Below are positions 24,334-38,259 of a stretch of DNA of 64,000 nucleotides, piece by piece (within the stretch, counting starts at the first letter, position 1; every line of letters begins with the position of its first letter). The DNA is from Mobula hypostoma (Eukaryota). The stretch covers positions 59,646,001-59,710,000 of the forward strand of contig NC_086108.1 of the NCBI RefSeq assembly GCF_963921235.1. Reading direction: 5' to 3'. Made by a program: the position numbers and the translations under genes. The notes below the pieces were generated by a model. That model was given only the letters and a program-made list of their open reading frames with translations. It searched no databases and was not told the origin of the DNA.

Positions 24334-27300
24334 CAATGAGGTAGAGTTCATGGATTCGTGGACCTTTCAGAAGTCTGATGCCAGTGGGCAGAAGCTGTTC
24401 CTAAAATGTCGAATGTGGGTCTTCAGGCTCATGAAACTCCTTCCTGATGATAGAAATGCGAAGAGGCTATGTTTAAGATAGTGAGGGCCTTATAATAAAA
24501 GATGCCGCCTTCCTGAGCGCCTGTTGAAGATGTGCTGAATGGGGAGGATTGTGGCTGCGATGGGATTGGCTGAGTCTGTAAGCCTCTGCAGTCTCTTGTG
24601 ATTCGGCACCTTGGAGCCTCCCTGCCTGGCTGTGATGCAACTGCTCAGAACGTTCTCCTCCATATATCTACGGAAATTTGCGAGAGTTTTCGGTGACAAG
24701 CCCAATCTTCTCAAACTCCTAATGGAGTAGAGGCACTAACATGCCTGCTTTGTGATTGCATTAATGTGTTGGCCTCAGGACAGATTCTCTGTGATGTTAC
24801 ATCCAGGAACGAAGCCTCTCACCCTGTTCCCTGCATGTCCCTCAATGAGGACTAGTGTGTTCTTCTGATTTCCCTTTCCTGAAGCTCACAGTCGATTTGT
24901 CGATCTTGCTGACATTGCCTGAGAAGTTTTTGTTATGACACCACTCAACCAGCTGACCTGCCTCCCTTCTGCAGTGTCATCATCAAATTTATAGATGGCA
25001 TCTGAGCTGTGCTTAGTCAAGCAGACGTAAGTGTAGGGAGAGTAGAGCAGTGGGCTAAGAACACACCTTTGAGGTGTGCCAGTATTGATTGTCAGTGAGG
25101 AGATGTTACCACCATTCCATATGTGGTCTGCTGATGAGGAAGTTGAAAATTCAGCTGAGAAGGCAATACAGATTTTCAGGTTTAGAATCTTTTTGATTAG
25201 TATTGAGGGCATAATGGTATTGAATACTAAGCTGTAATTGATAACCAGCAGTGTGACGTATACTTTGTTGTTGTCTAGATACTACAAGGAGAGTGGAAAG
25301 CCAAAGAGATTGTATCCACTGTTGATAGGTGAATTGCAGTGCATCCAGGTCTTTGCTCAAGCAACAGTTAATTCAATCATAATTAACCTCTCGAAGCACG
25401 TCATTACAGCAGATATGATGCTATCACTTCATAGTCAATGGCACAGCTCATCCTGGTCTTCTTGGGACAGGTATAATTGCTACTCTTTGAAGCAGATATG
25501 AACCTCTGACTGCAGCAGCAAGGCTAACAATGTCCTTCAACAGTCCATTCAGTTAGTCAGCACAGGTTTTCAGTACGCAGCCAGGTAAACCATCAGGGCC
25601 TGGTGTTTTATGTGCTTTTACTCCCTTGAAGGATGTTCTGACATCTGCCTCTGAGACAGAAGACACAGGGTCGCCTTTCAAAGCATGCATAAAAGGTGGT
25701 GAGATCACCAAGGAGTGGAGCATCACTGCTGGTTATGTTGTTTGGTTTCACCTTATAGAAGGTAACGGTATGCAAACCCTGCCATAGCTGTCATGTATCC
25801 AGTTGTGTCTCTATACTTTTACACTTCCACAGTGGTGTTCCATGGGTTATACCTGGACTTCTTGCAGATTTAGCCCTCAGCGGACTGTGAATCTCCTGGT
25901 TCATTCAGGGCTTCTGATCTGGAAAGTCTTGGTATGTTCTTGAAGGTACTTAAAGTCAGTGATGCCTATGGCATATTCATTCAGAGCTGATGATGAATTG
26001 CTGAGTATTGCCTGGTCCATCATTCGTGCAGTCCTGTAAATGATGGCACACAATTTTATTGGTCAAACTAGTGCAGCACTAAGCACCACTCCATATCACA
26101 AAAAAAATAAGACACCTTGATTTAACATTACCGATGATCAAATAACATATCACAGATCTATTGCTGGGTATCTAAGGTATTAGCTCAATATGATTGTCAT
26201 GATGCATTTGTAACACCAGTAATCAGAAATGAGAGAACAGCATGGAAATAAAAACCAAAGTAATTTTTCATACAATCTTCTGAAGCATTCGAGTAATCAT
26301 GTTGATGCTTAGTTGCATATTCAACAGGCTCTCTGATGCAAAGTGATTCACTGTAAGTTGCTTTCCTAAATCTGAGCTTTGCAAAGCACCTTCAAAATAA
26401 TGTAAGTTCATACTCAGTGTTCCTGGAGTGTGAGCTTTTGACCAGCTTCTACTTCTGCAAGATGATTTTCAATGACTTGTTGGAGGTTTATTGAAGCCAC
26501 TACTCCACTTGTAGATCCCACCAGGATAGATTCTGTCAGTTGTTGAGTAGAACTGATGATAATCAGTTGTGCTGTTAAGTCACTTCAGATTTTGTGCAAC
26601 ACAAAGCCTTGTAAACCAATGCATCAAGAAGGTGTTCAATACTGTTTCTGAAATTATTTGATTTCTTTATGCTGTGCAGTGTAAGTCCTGTGAAGCCAGC
26701 TGACGAGGTCAACAAACATGACCTGAAATGTGTTTGTAACTGACAGTTGCATCTGTTTTCCTTCCTTTCTTGATGAGTATGGTACTGTTGTTTTCTCAAG
26801 GGCAGTGACCTCGATTTTGGGATAGTGGATCGCATACCGACCACGTTATCTCATTCTTCAGTCAGGTCATGGCAGCACTTGTTCACACTTTTCATAGCTA
26901 CATTGACAATAGCTTTATCACATGACTTTGTTAGGTTCCATGATCTAGTATAGGATCCTGAAGCTTTTTGCCCAGTGTAAGTCTTAGAAGATATCAACCA
27001 CTGGTGATCCACATGAGTTCACCGCCATAGTAATGAAGCCCAAAATGAGATGCAAATTTTGGACTTCTATATTTGTCTAGAGTTTCTTCCACTTCAAGAG
27101 TTAATGCCAGCAACTCCCATCAGAGCAGACAGCATCTACCAGCAAAATCTGAATTAATTATCGTGATGGATATGCAGGTGAACTTCAAAAGCTCGAAGGA
27201 ATTAATGAATATCAAATAGAACTGAGACTGACATTTATTACAAAGGCAGTTGGATAGAATAACTTTTATCTTTAGTGAACCAAGAGATTATAGATGCTGG

Positions 27301-27379
27301 AACAAACAAACTGCTGGAAAAACTCAACAGGTCTGGCAGCATCACTAGGGAAAAATAGATGACTGATGAAGGATCTAGA

Positions 27380-28271
27380 GCTTTCCCGGCATAAATGATG
27401 TATAAACTCTTCTCAGCTTCCAGCCGGGTACACTCATCGATTCTAACCAATATTTCAATGATAAATTCTGCCACCTTCATCAAGAGTGATAGCCGAGCAT
27501 GCCTAGTCTGGTGGTATTTATACTCCTATATTTCGTCCCTCCTGATAGGTTAGTCCTCATCCAATCAGGTGTCCATTCTTCCACCCTGCCTACAATCGAA
27601 TTCCAGTTCTTACCTAGAGCAAGACCTTTATCTTTGTTAAAATTCTTTTCCTCTAGTTTTCTTTCAACGGCTTCCTTTACCAGGTAGTCTCAAAAGCTAT
27701 CGGCATGGCACAGTAATTTTGTGCCATCAAATTCAATCCTATGGCCACTGTGAATGCAATGTTCTGCTTCCACCAATTTCTCCAGGTAATCCTAGTGGAT
27801 GCATCTCTTGTCCTTCTTCATGCAGGTTTCCACAGTGCATCCCATCTGGCTGATATATGCTACTCCGTATTTACAGGGAATCCTGTAAACACCATCCGTC
27901 CAGAATCCCAGGTCAGGTTTGACCTGCATAACCTGCAATTTGAGCTTCCTTACAGGTTTGTGGATGGTATTAATCTGGTATTTCTTCAGGATCCTGGCAA
28001 TCATTTCAGAAACCATGGAAATATAGGGAAGACAGGCAGTAGCGATGGGTTCCTCCTCGTTATTAGTTTTCCTGGTTATTCCATCGGCCCTTTTAAGGGC
28101 CCAATTGATTTCCTTCCTTCACCTTGTAGCCATTCTGTAGGAACATTGTGCGTAATTGCCGTATTTCCTCAGGGAGAGTCTCTGGGTCAGAAATATTTTT
28201 TGCATTATTAATCAAAGTCTCCGCTGGGAGACATGATGGTGGATGTTATTGTTGACATATAAATCCATGTT
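27380..28271 (-). mobile_element. Penelope-like element family 2, inverted arm (RT C-term, GIY-YIG, pLTR)
   Basis: IARILKKYQINTIHKP...GVYRIPCKYGVAYISQMG (27792-28016). Confidence 0.85.
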
Positions 28272-29370
28272 CATCACCCTTATACCCCAATTGTTTCTTC
28301 AAATAGGTCGATGACACCTTTGTAGTGTGGCCACGTGGACTCCAGGCACTCCAACAGTTCCATGATTGTATGAGTGGTATAGGTCCGAACATTCAATTTA
28401 CAATGGCGATGGAGAAGAATGATTGTCTCCTGTTTCTGGACATTCTAGTAAGACGGAAACTGGATGGTGGCCTCGGACATGGTATCTATTGGAAACCCAC
28501 TCACACGGACTTGTACCTCAACAACAACAGCCACCGTCAAGCCTCCCAATGTAGGGTTGTTCTTTCTACTTTGATTAACTGTGCAAAAGCTATTTTGGAG
28601 CTGGGGAGTCGCCCTCAGGAAATAAGACCATTATGCATGATGCTCCTACAGAATGGCTACAAGGTGAGGGAAATCATCTGGGCCCTTAAAATGGCCAAAG
28701 GAAAAATCAGGAAACCTAACAATGAGGAGGAACCTGTCACTACTACCTGTCTTCTCTATATTTCCATGATTCCTGGAAGGATCGCCAAGATCCTGAATAA
28801 ATACTGGATTAATACCATCCACAAACCCATAAGGAAACTCAAGTCACAGTTTATGTGGGTCAAAGATGACCTGTGACTCAGGTCAGCTGGGGTTTACAGG
28901 ATTCCCTGTGAATGCAGAACAGTGTATGGGACGCACAGTGAAAACTCACATCGAGGAGCACAAAAGGTATACCCATTTGGGTTACCCAGAGAAATCGGAC
29001 ATAGCAGAACACTACATTCACAATGGTCATAGGACTGACTTCAACGGCACAAAACTACTTTGCCACGCCAATGGCTTTTGGGGCTGCCTGGTAAAGGAAG
29101 CCATTAAGATAAAACTACAGGAGAAGAATTTTAACCAAGATGAAGATCTCACTCTAAGTAAGAACTGCAATTTGATTGTAAGCAAGGTGGGAGCATGGAA
29201 ATCTGATTGGATGAGGACTAACCAATCAGGAGGGATGGACTATGGGAGTATAAATACCACCAGACTAGACATGACCACGTATCATCCCTGATGAAGATGG
29301 CAGAGTTTGTCATTGAAATGGTGGTTATAATCGATACCTGGTCCTGCTGGAAGCCCGAGAAGAGTTTACT
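28272..29370 (+). mobile_element. Penelope-like element family 2, forward arm
   Basis: VDDTFVVWP (~28308); IQFTMAMEKN..LLFLDILV...YWKPTHTDLYL; GIY-YIG C-term KSDIAEH...KEAIKI; pLTR with CTGATGA(29288-29294)-hairpin-GAAA(29315-29318). Confidence 0.88.
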
Positions 29371-29563
29371 GGATAGCTGATGTTTCAGATTGAGACCCTT
29401 CATCCGGACAAATTCCTTTTTCTTACTATTAGCTATATCCAGTCAAATATCCTTCTATATCAGTCCATATGAAGAGTCTCAATGTGAAACATATACTGTT
29501 TATTTTCCTCCACAGATGCTGCCTGACCCAATGAGTTCTGACACCATTTTGTTTGTTGCTCCA
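29371..29563. mobile_element. Remainder of an older small inverted-pLTR element (left part ~27278-27370) hosting the family-2 PLE
   Basis: gatgtttcagattgagacccttcatccggac (minus degenerate hammerhead) and cagtccatatgaagagtctcaatgtgaaacatatactg...cagatgctgcctgacc (plus). Confidence 0.55.
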
Positions 29564-30384
29564 CCTCTTATCCTTAACTGACAATATTCTTATTTGGATT
29601 TGATCTCAAATGAATCAATAATAATTAAAATTCTTGCATCTGAGAAGTGGATTACCGTGGCCAAAATCAATTATTGAGATAAACTGATTCCTTACATTTT
29701 AGGTCTGGTAAAAACTATGTTGTATGTGTTAACTTTGTTGTAATTATCACCCATAAAAGTAATCCGGAATAAAAAGTGTTCCAGTCCTTGCACCCAGCAT
29801 AATTAGTGTGGACAACTTTGCTGGAAACTTTGGTAGTATTTACTTCACCAAGAATTGTTTCCAGATTTTAATTGGAGGCTGCAATCAAGTGCAATCTTTT
29901 AATAAAATAAGTCGATCACAGCAAGTTTATCCAGAAGTTGCCCACTTTACTATTTTGACACCAAGAAACAGAAGTATTTGCATGTCACATCCTTCATCCC
30001 TTTTCACTCCCATTTATCTATTTTTGCAATACAATTATAATATTTTCTGAAAGGTGCCACAAATTATTGGCTGTATTTCAGACTGAAGAGAAGTGTGTCT
30101 GCTGCTGGAAGATTAGATTAAGATGTTCAACATTTTGTGAAACTTTAATGGATTGCAGAAATGCTGCATTTCAAAAGCAGAAGACTGTTTACAAGACGAC
30201 ACAGAATTAAGGTAATTGGTAAAGTTAGTTGGTGTGAAAATGTGAAAATAAATGACCTCTTGCAATTTTAAACGTCATCATGTTTGAATGTTTGAGAAAT
30301 TGTCTTCCGTGGACATAAAGAGTCTTCAGTTTGGGAGACAGTGGCATTTGGATGTTGGCTGAACAGATTTAATTTGTTTTAATT

Positions 30385-30590
30385 TCGAGATGAAGCATGA
30401 TAACAGGCCAATTCCCCCAATTGCACTCACAATAACTATTTAACCTATTCATCTTTGGAATGTGGAATGAAACCGGAGCACACAGGGGGAACCCACAAGA
30501 TCATGGAGAGAACATACAGACAGTGGCAGAATTAAACCTGGGTTGCACGGGTTGTGTTAGTGTTACGCTAACCACAATGTTACCATAACA
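30385..30590 (-). mobile_element. V-SINE/HE1-like SINE remnant
   Basis: tctttggaatgtggaatgaaaccggagcac...aacccac...ggagagaacataca. Confidence 0.65.
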
Positions 30591-30929
30591 TCCACCCTCC
30601 CAAAAGATCTTTATTACATATGATGTCTTGAATGTGGATGCATCATGTTTGCCCTATCAAAGTGTGTGTAAAAAAACACAGAGCTCACCCAGAAGTGATG
30701 AGTTGTTTCCAATTATACCCCCCGATCTTGCCTAGTATGAGGTTATATTATGCAAGCCATCCCACAGCAGTCGAGGGTCATTCTGTAATTCCAGTTTAAT
30801 GAAATTGTCTCTTTGAGATTACAATGACTTTATGGAGATCACACCGAAGTTTTTATATAACTCTGGGTCAGCAGCCCTAAATACCACGTTCAGTATTTAG
30901 TCCTTAACGAATTATGATATGGACTTGTG

Positions 30930-31110
30930 AATCCAGGGTTTTAGTTGTTTTTTTCTCACTCTCTTTCTGCACCTACTTGTTTAACTTAATTTTTAAAAAT
31001 TCATTTCTTATTGTAATTTATAGTTGTTTATTATTATGTATTGCAATGTACTACTGCCATAAAATAACAAATTTCACAACATGTGTCAGTGATATTAAAC
31101 CTGATTCTGA
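30930..31110 (+). mobile_element. Rex1-like 3' UTR tail
   Basis: aacaaatttcacaacatgtgtcagtgatattaaacctgattctga. Confidence 0.6.
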
Positions 31111-31159
31111 CCCTGGAATGTTCTTGTGGGTGCACACTTATACGTACATGTAATTATGA

Positions 31160-31925
31160 GGTTGATGATGACTGTGGCATGTTTATTTTGGTTCGCTGAT
31201 GAATCCTTGAACATGGTCCAGTCCACTGAGTCAAAGCAATCCTGAATTGGCTCCTCCACTCCTGCCATGCAGTCCTTTATAGTCCTCTTCAGCAGACCAC
31301 ACTCTTCAGTCTCTGTCCATACACAGGCAGAAGAAGCACAGTCAGGTGGCTGGATTTACCAAAGAGTGGGTGAGGAATGTGCAGGCGTTCCTGATGGTAG
31401 AGTGGTTTTCACCATCTGGTATTGCAAGTGATGTGGAGAAAGAAATTGGACAGAGACTTCTTCAGGTAGCTTGATTAAATTCTCCTGCCACGGTGTGGCA
31501 GGCATTGAGGTATACTGTTTCACTCATTTTGATCACAGCACTTACTTCCTCAGATGCTAGCTTGATGTCTGCCTAAGGTGACTGCAGTCAGGGCAAAGGT
31601 GGAAGGTAGGATTTTTGGAATTTCTTTGTCAAGTGTTTCTGGTTGGAGGGGATCAGGAACAGGAAAAGACTACCTGTTCCATGCACCACAATGAGCTTAT
31701 TATAAAGCAGGCTCCATCACCTTTTCCCTTACCTAAACCCTGCTCTTTGGTCCATGTTGTGGATCATAAAAGCCTTGGGCTGCAGCATTGTGTCAGGAGA
31801 TTTGGGAGTCAGCCATGTCTCTGTGAAACAGAATACATAGCAGTTCTTCATGTTCCTCTGATAAAGTAATCCGGCTCTAAGGTCTTCAGTCTTGCTTTCT
31901 CATAACTGTACATTAACCAGAAGAC
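31160..31925 (-). mobile_element. Decayed Rex1/Babar AP-endonuclease region
   Basis: Minus-strand remnants CYVFCFTETWL, PHPLFGKSSHLTVLLLP, QDCFDSVDW. Confidence 0.65.
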
Positions 31926-32394
31926 TGCAAGAAAAGGAGGCATAATAAACTGTGCCTCAGGCTTACCTGAAGCACCATCCTGCAGTCATGTTTTGTGAGT
32001 TCTCCGTGGTGTTTCCATTAGCTGTGTTTACTTGTGCATAGTGTGTTCAAAGTCTACATGTTCTGTCCTGGGTTGTGGTGTTGTTAATTAATTTAAATGG
32101 CTTTAAAGTATGTTGCTTACCCGCAGCTGTTTCCACTACAGTTTTCTGGCTTAAAAGGTCCAGTCTGGTGTATGAAACTATGATGCTGCTAGCTGTCTGC
32201 AAATTAATGGATACTCTCAAAATGGCTATTGGAGCAGTGTTAATGCTGTCAGGGTTGATTAATCGGCATGTCTTCCCCCAACCTAAGCATTCATTCCCTC
32301 CATCACAGGTGCTCTTTGATTGCACTATATATCATCCACAAAACATTCTACAACAATTATAAAAAACACCTACAAATATAGTAATCCAATTAAA

Positions 32395-32448
32395 AACAAG
32401 AGAAAATCTGCAGATGCTGGAAATCCAAGCAACACACACAAAATGCTC
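32395..32448 (-). mobile_element. PLE pLTR terminal fragment
   Basis: aaaatctgcagatgctggaaatccaagcaacacacacaaaatgct. Confidence 0.75.
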
Positions 32449-32564
32449 CAAATTAGGTAATGCCACCATGAAGAAGGGAAAGAGGAGCAAATGCATGGGA
32501 ACATCAGCACTTGCAGGTTTCCTGCTGTGTTACCAATATCAGGGTCAGGTAAGGGAAAAGGCAG

Positions 32565-32760
32565 GCAGCACAGTAGCATTGTGATTGGCATAATGCTAAT
32601 ACAACTTTAGCTGTAAAATCAGGGTTTGATCCCACTGCTGTTTGTGAGGAGTTTGTATATTCTCATCATGACCATGTGGATTTCCTCCAGGTGCTCTGTT
32701 TTCAACTCATATTCCAAAGATATACAGTTGGGGTTAGTGAGTTGTGGACAAACTCTGGAG
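32565..32760 (+). mobile_element. V-SINE/HE1-like SINE
   Basis: gggtttgatccc B-box-like; ggagtttgtatattctc...atgtggatttcctccaggtgctc V domain. Confidence 0.65.
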
Positions 32761-33550
32761 GCACGAGAAGCGTGGGTACATTTGTGGGCTATCCAGTACA
32801 ATCCTTGCTGATTTGTTTTGACACAAGTGACACATTTCACTGTATGTTTCAATGTACCTGTGACAAACAAAGCTAATCTTCATCTTATTTTATTTCATCT
32901 TGATTTGCAAAATCCTCTTTTGTTCCTTCAACCTCACTTGATCTAATTACCAGAAGGATTGCATTCATTTAAGAAAATTACTCACTCTTACCTTCTCAAG
33001 GGTAAAAGGGAAAGATCAAGAAGTGCTGGCTTGATATCAGTGCGCAGATTATGGAAATGAATAAATTAAATATTCTACAGTGCCCTCTTCTCAGGCCGTT
33101 ATACTATCTAAGGTGGTGGAGTGCAGAGATTCATTTGAGGCTTAACCTAATATGAATACGTGTAGCAAAACTCAAAAGGTACTGTATGCTCGTCCCCTCA
33201 ATATGATTGTCATCATTAATAAACCTCTATTTTCTGTACTTGTTCAACATACTTTAATAACTTCTAAACCTCTTTAATTTCTAGATATTCACTATTTAGA
33301 AAATAATCCACATTTTATTAGAACCAAGTGAGCGTAATATTTGCCAACATTGAAAGCAATTTGCTATTGCTAAACTGCATTAGTATTTCTTCTGTAAATT
33401 AATTCTCACACACAAAGCTTAAAATACCTTTCCAGTAGTAACAAACTTTTTTATGTAGGTTTCTATCTCATTCAAGTTATTAATGAATATGAAAGCTGGA
33501 CTTAACATAGGTCCTTGGAAGCCATCAGCAGTTACACATTAACCTTTCAG

Positions 33551-33760
33551 GCATTGTTTTTGAGTGCTGTTGTGTCATTGTTGACTCAAGGCGATCCTAT
33601 GGATAGTGTACTTGTTCATAGGGATTTCATGGTAAGATACGAAAGTAGATGCCAGGCCTTTCTTCCATGCAGATACTGCTGCTGCCCAGGTTGGGACCCA
33701 GCCGGATTTGAACTCGGGACCATCTGCCTGAAAGCTGAGTGCTACCCCACTTGCCAGCCC
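33551..33760 (-). mobile_element. tRNA-derived SINE with possible RTE-like tail
   Basis: Minus-strand B box GTTCAAATCC; 3' end ccataggatcgccttgagtcaacaatgacac. Confidence 0.55.
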
Positions 33761-33837
33761 AAACTCTCAAGTACTAGACCATTATTCAACATCTCTATTT
33801 CTGATTGCAAAGCCAATTTCTTAACTAGGCCAGTAAG

Positions 33838-36800
33838 TAGAAACATAGAAAACCTACAGCACAATACAGGCCCTTTGGCCCACAAAGTTGTGCCAAACAT
33901 GTCCCTACCTTAGAAATTACTAGACTTCCTATAGCCCTCTATTTTTCTAAGCTCCATGTACCTATCTAAAAGTCTTTTAAAAGACCCTATCGTATCCGCC
34001 TCCACCACCGTTGCCGGCAGCCCATTCCACGCACTCACCACTCTCTGCGATAAAACTTACCCCTGACATCTCCTATGTACCTACTTCCAAGCAGCTTAAA
34101 CCTGTGTCCTCTCATGATAGCCATTTCAGCCCTGGGAAGAAAACCTCTGACTATCCACACGATCAATGCCTCTCATCATCTTACACACATCTATCAAGTC
34201 ACCTCTCATCCTCTGTTGCTCCAAGGAGAAAAGGCCAAGTTCACTTAACCTATTCTCGTAAGGCATGATTCACTATCCAGGCAACATCCTTGTAAATCTC
34301 CTCTGCACCCTTTCTATAGTTTCCACATCCTTCCTGTAGTGAGGTGACAAGAACTGAGCACAGCACTCTAAGTGGTGTCTGACCAGGGTTCTATATAACT
34401 ATAACATTATCTCTCAGCTCTTAAATTCAATCCCACGGTTGATGAAGGCCAATGCACAGTAGGCCTTCTTAACCACAGAATCAACCTGTACAGCAGCTTT
34501 GAGTGTCCTATGGACTCCAAGATCTCTCTGATCCTCCACACTACCAAGGGTCTTACCATTAATGCTATATTCTGCCATCATATTTGACCTACCAAAATGA
34601 ACCACCTCACACTTATCTGGGTTGACTCCATCTGCCACTTCTCAGTCCAGTTTTGCATTCTATCATTGTCCCGCAGTAAGCTCTGACAGCCCTCCACACT
34701 ACCCACAACACTTCCAATCTATGTGTCATCAGCAAACTTACTAACCATCCCTCCACTTCCTTATCCAGGTCATTTATAAAAATCACGAAGAGTAAGGGTC
34801 CCAGAAGAGATCCCTGAGGCACTCCACTGGTCACCGACCTCCATGCAGAATATGACCCGTCTACAACCAATCTTTGCCTTCTGTGGGCAAGCCAGTTCTG
34901 GATCCACAAAGTAATGTCCCTTTTGATCCCATGCCTCCTTACTTTCTCAATAAGCCTTGCATGGGGTACCTTATTAAATACCTTGCTGAAATCCATATAC
35001 ACTATATGTACTGCTCTTCCTTTATCAATGAAGTCACATCCTCAAAAAATTCAATCAGGCTCGTAAGGCATGACCTGCCCTTGACAAAGCTGTGCTGACT
35101 ATCCCTAATCATATTATACCTCTCCAAATGTTCTTAAATCCTGCCCTTCAGGATCTTCTCCATCAACTTACCAACCACTGAAGTAAGACTCACTGGTCTA
35201 TAATTTTCTGGGTTATCTCTACTCCCTTTCTTGAATAAAGGAACAACATTCGCAACCCTCCAATATTCCAGAACCTCTGTCATCCCCATTGATGATTCAA
35301 AGATCATCGCTAGAGGCTCAGCACTCTCCTCCCTCGCCTCCCACAGTAGCCTAGGGTACATCTCATCCGGTCCCGGTGACTTATCCAACTTGATGCTTTC
35401 CAAAAGCTCCAGCATATCCTCTTTCTTAATATCTACATGCTCAAGCTTTTCAGCCCGCTGCAAGTCAGCACTACAATCACCAAGATCCTTTACCGTAGTG
35501 AATACTGAAGTAACGTATTCATTAAGTACCTCTGTTATTTCCTCCAGTTCCATACACACTTTCCCACCGTCACACTTGACAGGTCCTATTCTTTCACGTC
35601 TTATCCTCTTGCTCGTCACATACTCGTAGAATGCCTTGGGGTTTTCCTTAAGCCTGACCGCCAAGGCCTTCTCATGGCCCCTTCTGGCTCTCCTAATTTC
35701 CTTTTTAAGCTCCTTCCTGTTAGCTTTATAACCTTCTAGATCCCTAACATTACCTAACTCTCTGAACCTTTTGTAAGCTTTTCTTTTCTTCTTGACTAGA
35801 TTTATTACAGCCTTTGTACACCATGGTTCCTGTAGCCTACCATAACTTCCCTGTCTTGTTGGAACATACCTATGCAGAACTCCACACAAATATCCCCTGA
35901 ACATTTGCCACATTTCTTCCATACTTTTCCCTGAGAACTTCTGTTCCCAATTTAAGCTTCCAATTTCCTGCCTGATAGCCTCGTAATTCCCCTTACTCCA
36001 ATTAAATGCTTTTCTAACTTGTTTGTTCCTATCTCTCTCCAATGCTATTGTAAAGGAGATAGAATTATGATCACTATCTCCAAAATGCTCTCCCACTGTG
36101 AGATCTGACACCTGACCAGGTTCATTTCCCAATACCAGATCAAGTACGGTCTCTCCTCTTGTAGGCTTATCTACATATTGTATCAAGAAACCTTCCTGAA
36201 CACACCTAACAAACTCCACCTGTAGTGTTCTCGTGCAGTGTGTTGAAACTCTGACTAAACACCAAGTTAAACTGGAGCCAATGAAGACAGAGTCGTAGTT
36301 AGTTTAACCATTTACTGTTCACTCTTCCACATTAACATTGTATGGTGAAAACTGTTGATAAAAAAACACAAACATATACAGCGTCTGTTTCATTCTGGAG
36401 ACCACCCGCACTCTCTTTTAGCGAGTGTCTCCAGCCGCCCCGAGTAGGGAGCGAGGAGGTTGCATCAAACCGCCGCTGGGCCTGAGTCCACCCCGCGTTT
36501 GAAATTGAAAAGTCGACACGCGCGCCGCTTCCTTTAACAGAAACCGTGTTAATATTTTTACTTCAAATACTTTCATAGGAACTTACAGCATTGCTTCTAT
36601 AATGTTTCTTTGTGGGCAGAAACGGAGCTCTTCACGATCATGCTGCACGCATGGCACCCACCTTCACACCTTCCCGAACCGGAGGTTACACATAAGACGT
36701 GGCGAAACCGGAGGTGACATCATCACATGCTGTGATAGACCATATACAATTAATTTACCTTTGTTATACTGTAACTTAATTATCAACCTTTAACTTTAAC

Positions 36801-37123
36801 TAGAAAATAGTTACCAACAAATTATTTAAAGCGTAGACCCAACAAAGTCAAATAAATGCCTTAAGGGCAACACACCACACCATTTAAACCCCTTGCTCTA
36901 GGGAGATGCCAATCGATATTTTGGAAGTTAGAATCTCCCATCACGACAACTCTTATTATTACACCTTTCCAGGATCTGTTTCCCTATCTGCTCCTCGATA
37001 TCCCTGTTACTACTGGGCAGCCTATAAAAAACACCCAGTAAAATTATTGACCACTTCCTGTTCCTAACCTCCACCCACAGAGACTCTATAGACAATCCCT
37101 CCATGACGTCCACCTTTTCTGAC
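33838..37123 (-). mobile_element. CR1 LINE ORF2 (same subfamily as 2821-6080), split by a solo LTR
   Basis: 361-aa ORF 35134-36219 (LDLVL...HFGDSDH...KSPGPD...NYRPVSLTS); RT 34613-35002; EN piece 36928-37131; tagaaacatagaaa tail. Confidence 0.93.
36221..36874 (-). mobile_element. Solo LTR (654 bp)
   Basis: TG...CA termini; 5-bp TSD ccacc (36216-36220) / ccaca (36875-36879); CR1 sequence rejoins across it; CpG-rich; orientation inferred. Confidence 0.78.
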
Positions 37124-38259
37124 CCATGCAAGGCTTATTTTAACTTTAACTTATAAGAGATTTTATCATGAGTTTTCTGGAAGTCGACATAAATGACATC
37201 CATAGACAGTCCTCAATCTGTTATTTAATTCACCACTTCAAAAAATTCAATGAGGTTTGTCCAACATGAGCTGCCAATTACAGATCCACATTCACTTGTG
37301 CTAATCAACATAACATTTTCAAGGCACCCTTAATTACAAACAGCAACTAGAAACTCCTTTTCACAGTGCCTTATTAAAAAAACTCTGAACAATTGAAGAA
37401 TAATCACATTCATATGGAATGAAGACACTGTTTCCATGTTTTAAGGTCATGTGCTTACATTGCACATCTTTTGGGTGAGTTTTCATGTTCATCAGTACAG
37501 GTTACCCTTTGTAAAACTTGCTCATATGTTATCAACGATAAACAATAAAGCAATCTTCAAAATATGTCATCTGCAAGATTTTCAACCACATTGGTCTTGT
37601 AAAATGAATCTGAGTAGTATGTGGTGACATATATTGTACGTACTTTGAGAATTAATTTACTTTGAACTTTAAAATACTGCTGTTGTTCACTCACAGAAGA
37701 ACCAGCTTTAACTAAATGTGTAGGCTCAAAAACAATATTATTTAGAGGGACCAATGACATTAAGTTAGTATTCATATTCTTCTTTCTAAGAAGTACCTCA
37801 GGATCAAGAATGACGTCCTTCCAATGAGGCCTACTTGGGGACAAAAAGATTCTTCCACAGATGGAGCAGGAGGCTAGTCTGTAAGGCGATGCAGTCCTTC
37901 TATGTCATATGCAGGGATTCTCTGAGCTCCCAGTCATGATCATCAGGTCTTTAGTAGCATTCGGAATGCTCCTTCTCCAGCCCGCAACCTACTTTAAGCG
38001 GTCATAGGTAAGAGATTCCCAACAGTTAATAGATGTTGCACTTCAGGCTTTGAACACATCTTTTACTTTTCCCCTTTTTCTGTGCCTTAAATCTCTTCTC
38101 AAGGCAGATCCCAGAATGGAGTGTATGATTCAGGAGTCTGGGGTCAGGCATGCTAATTCCTTGGCTTGTTGGAAGTGACAGGTTGAGTACAACTGGGGCC
38201 TCACTATGCAGAAGATCATCTGGATGAGAGCATTTGGTTTGTTTCTCCTTCAATGACAT

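Larger units (their letters stand above)
22597..26040 (-). mobile_element. Rex1/Babar LINE (RT to 3' tail), interrupted by Tigger
   Basis: (CAGAAT)n tail at 22597; GLSPKTLANF (24490-24714); TINTGTPQRCVLSPLLYS...YKFDDDT (24886-25212). Confidence 0.85.

Noticed and set aside
35134..36219. 361-aa ORF as host gene or functional RT
   Set aside because: CR1 ORF2 segment cut by an LTR upstream and a stop downstream
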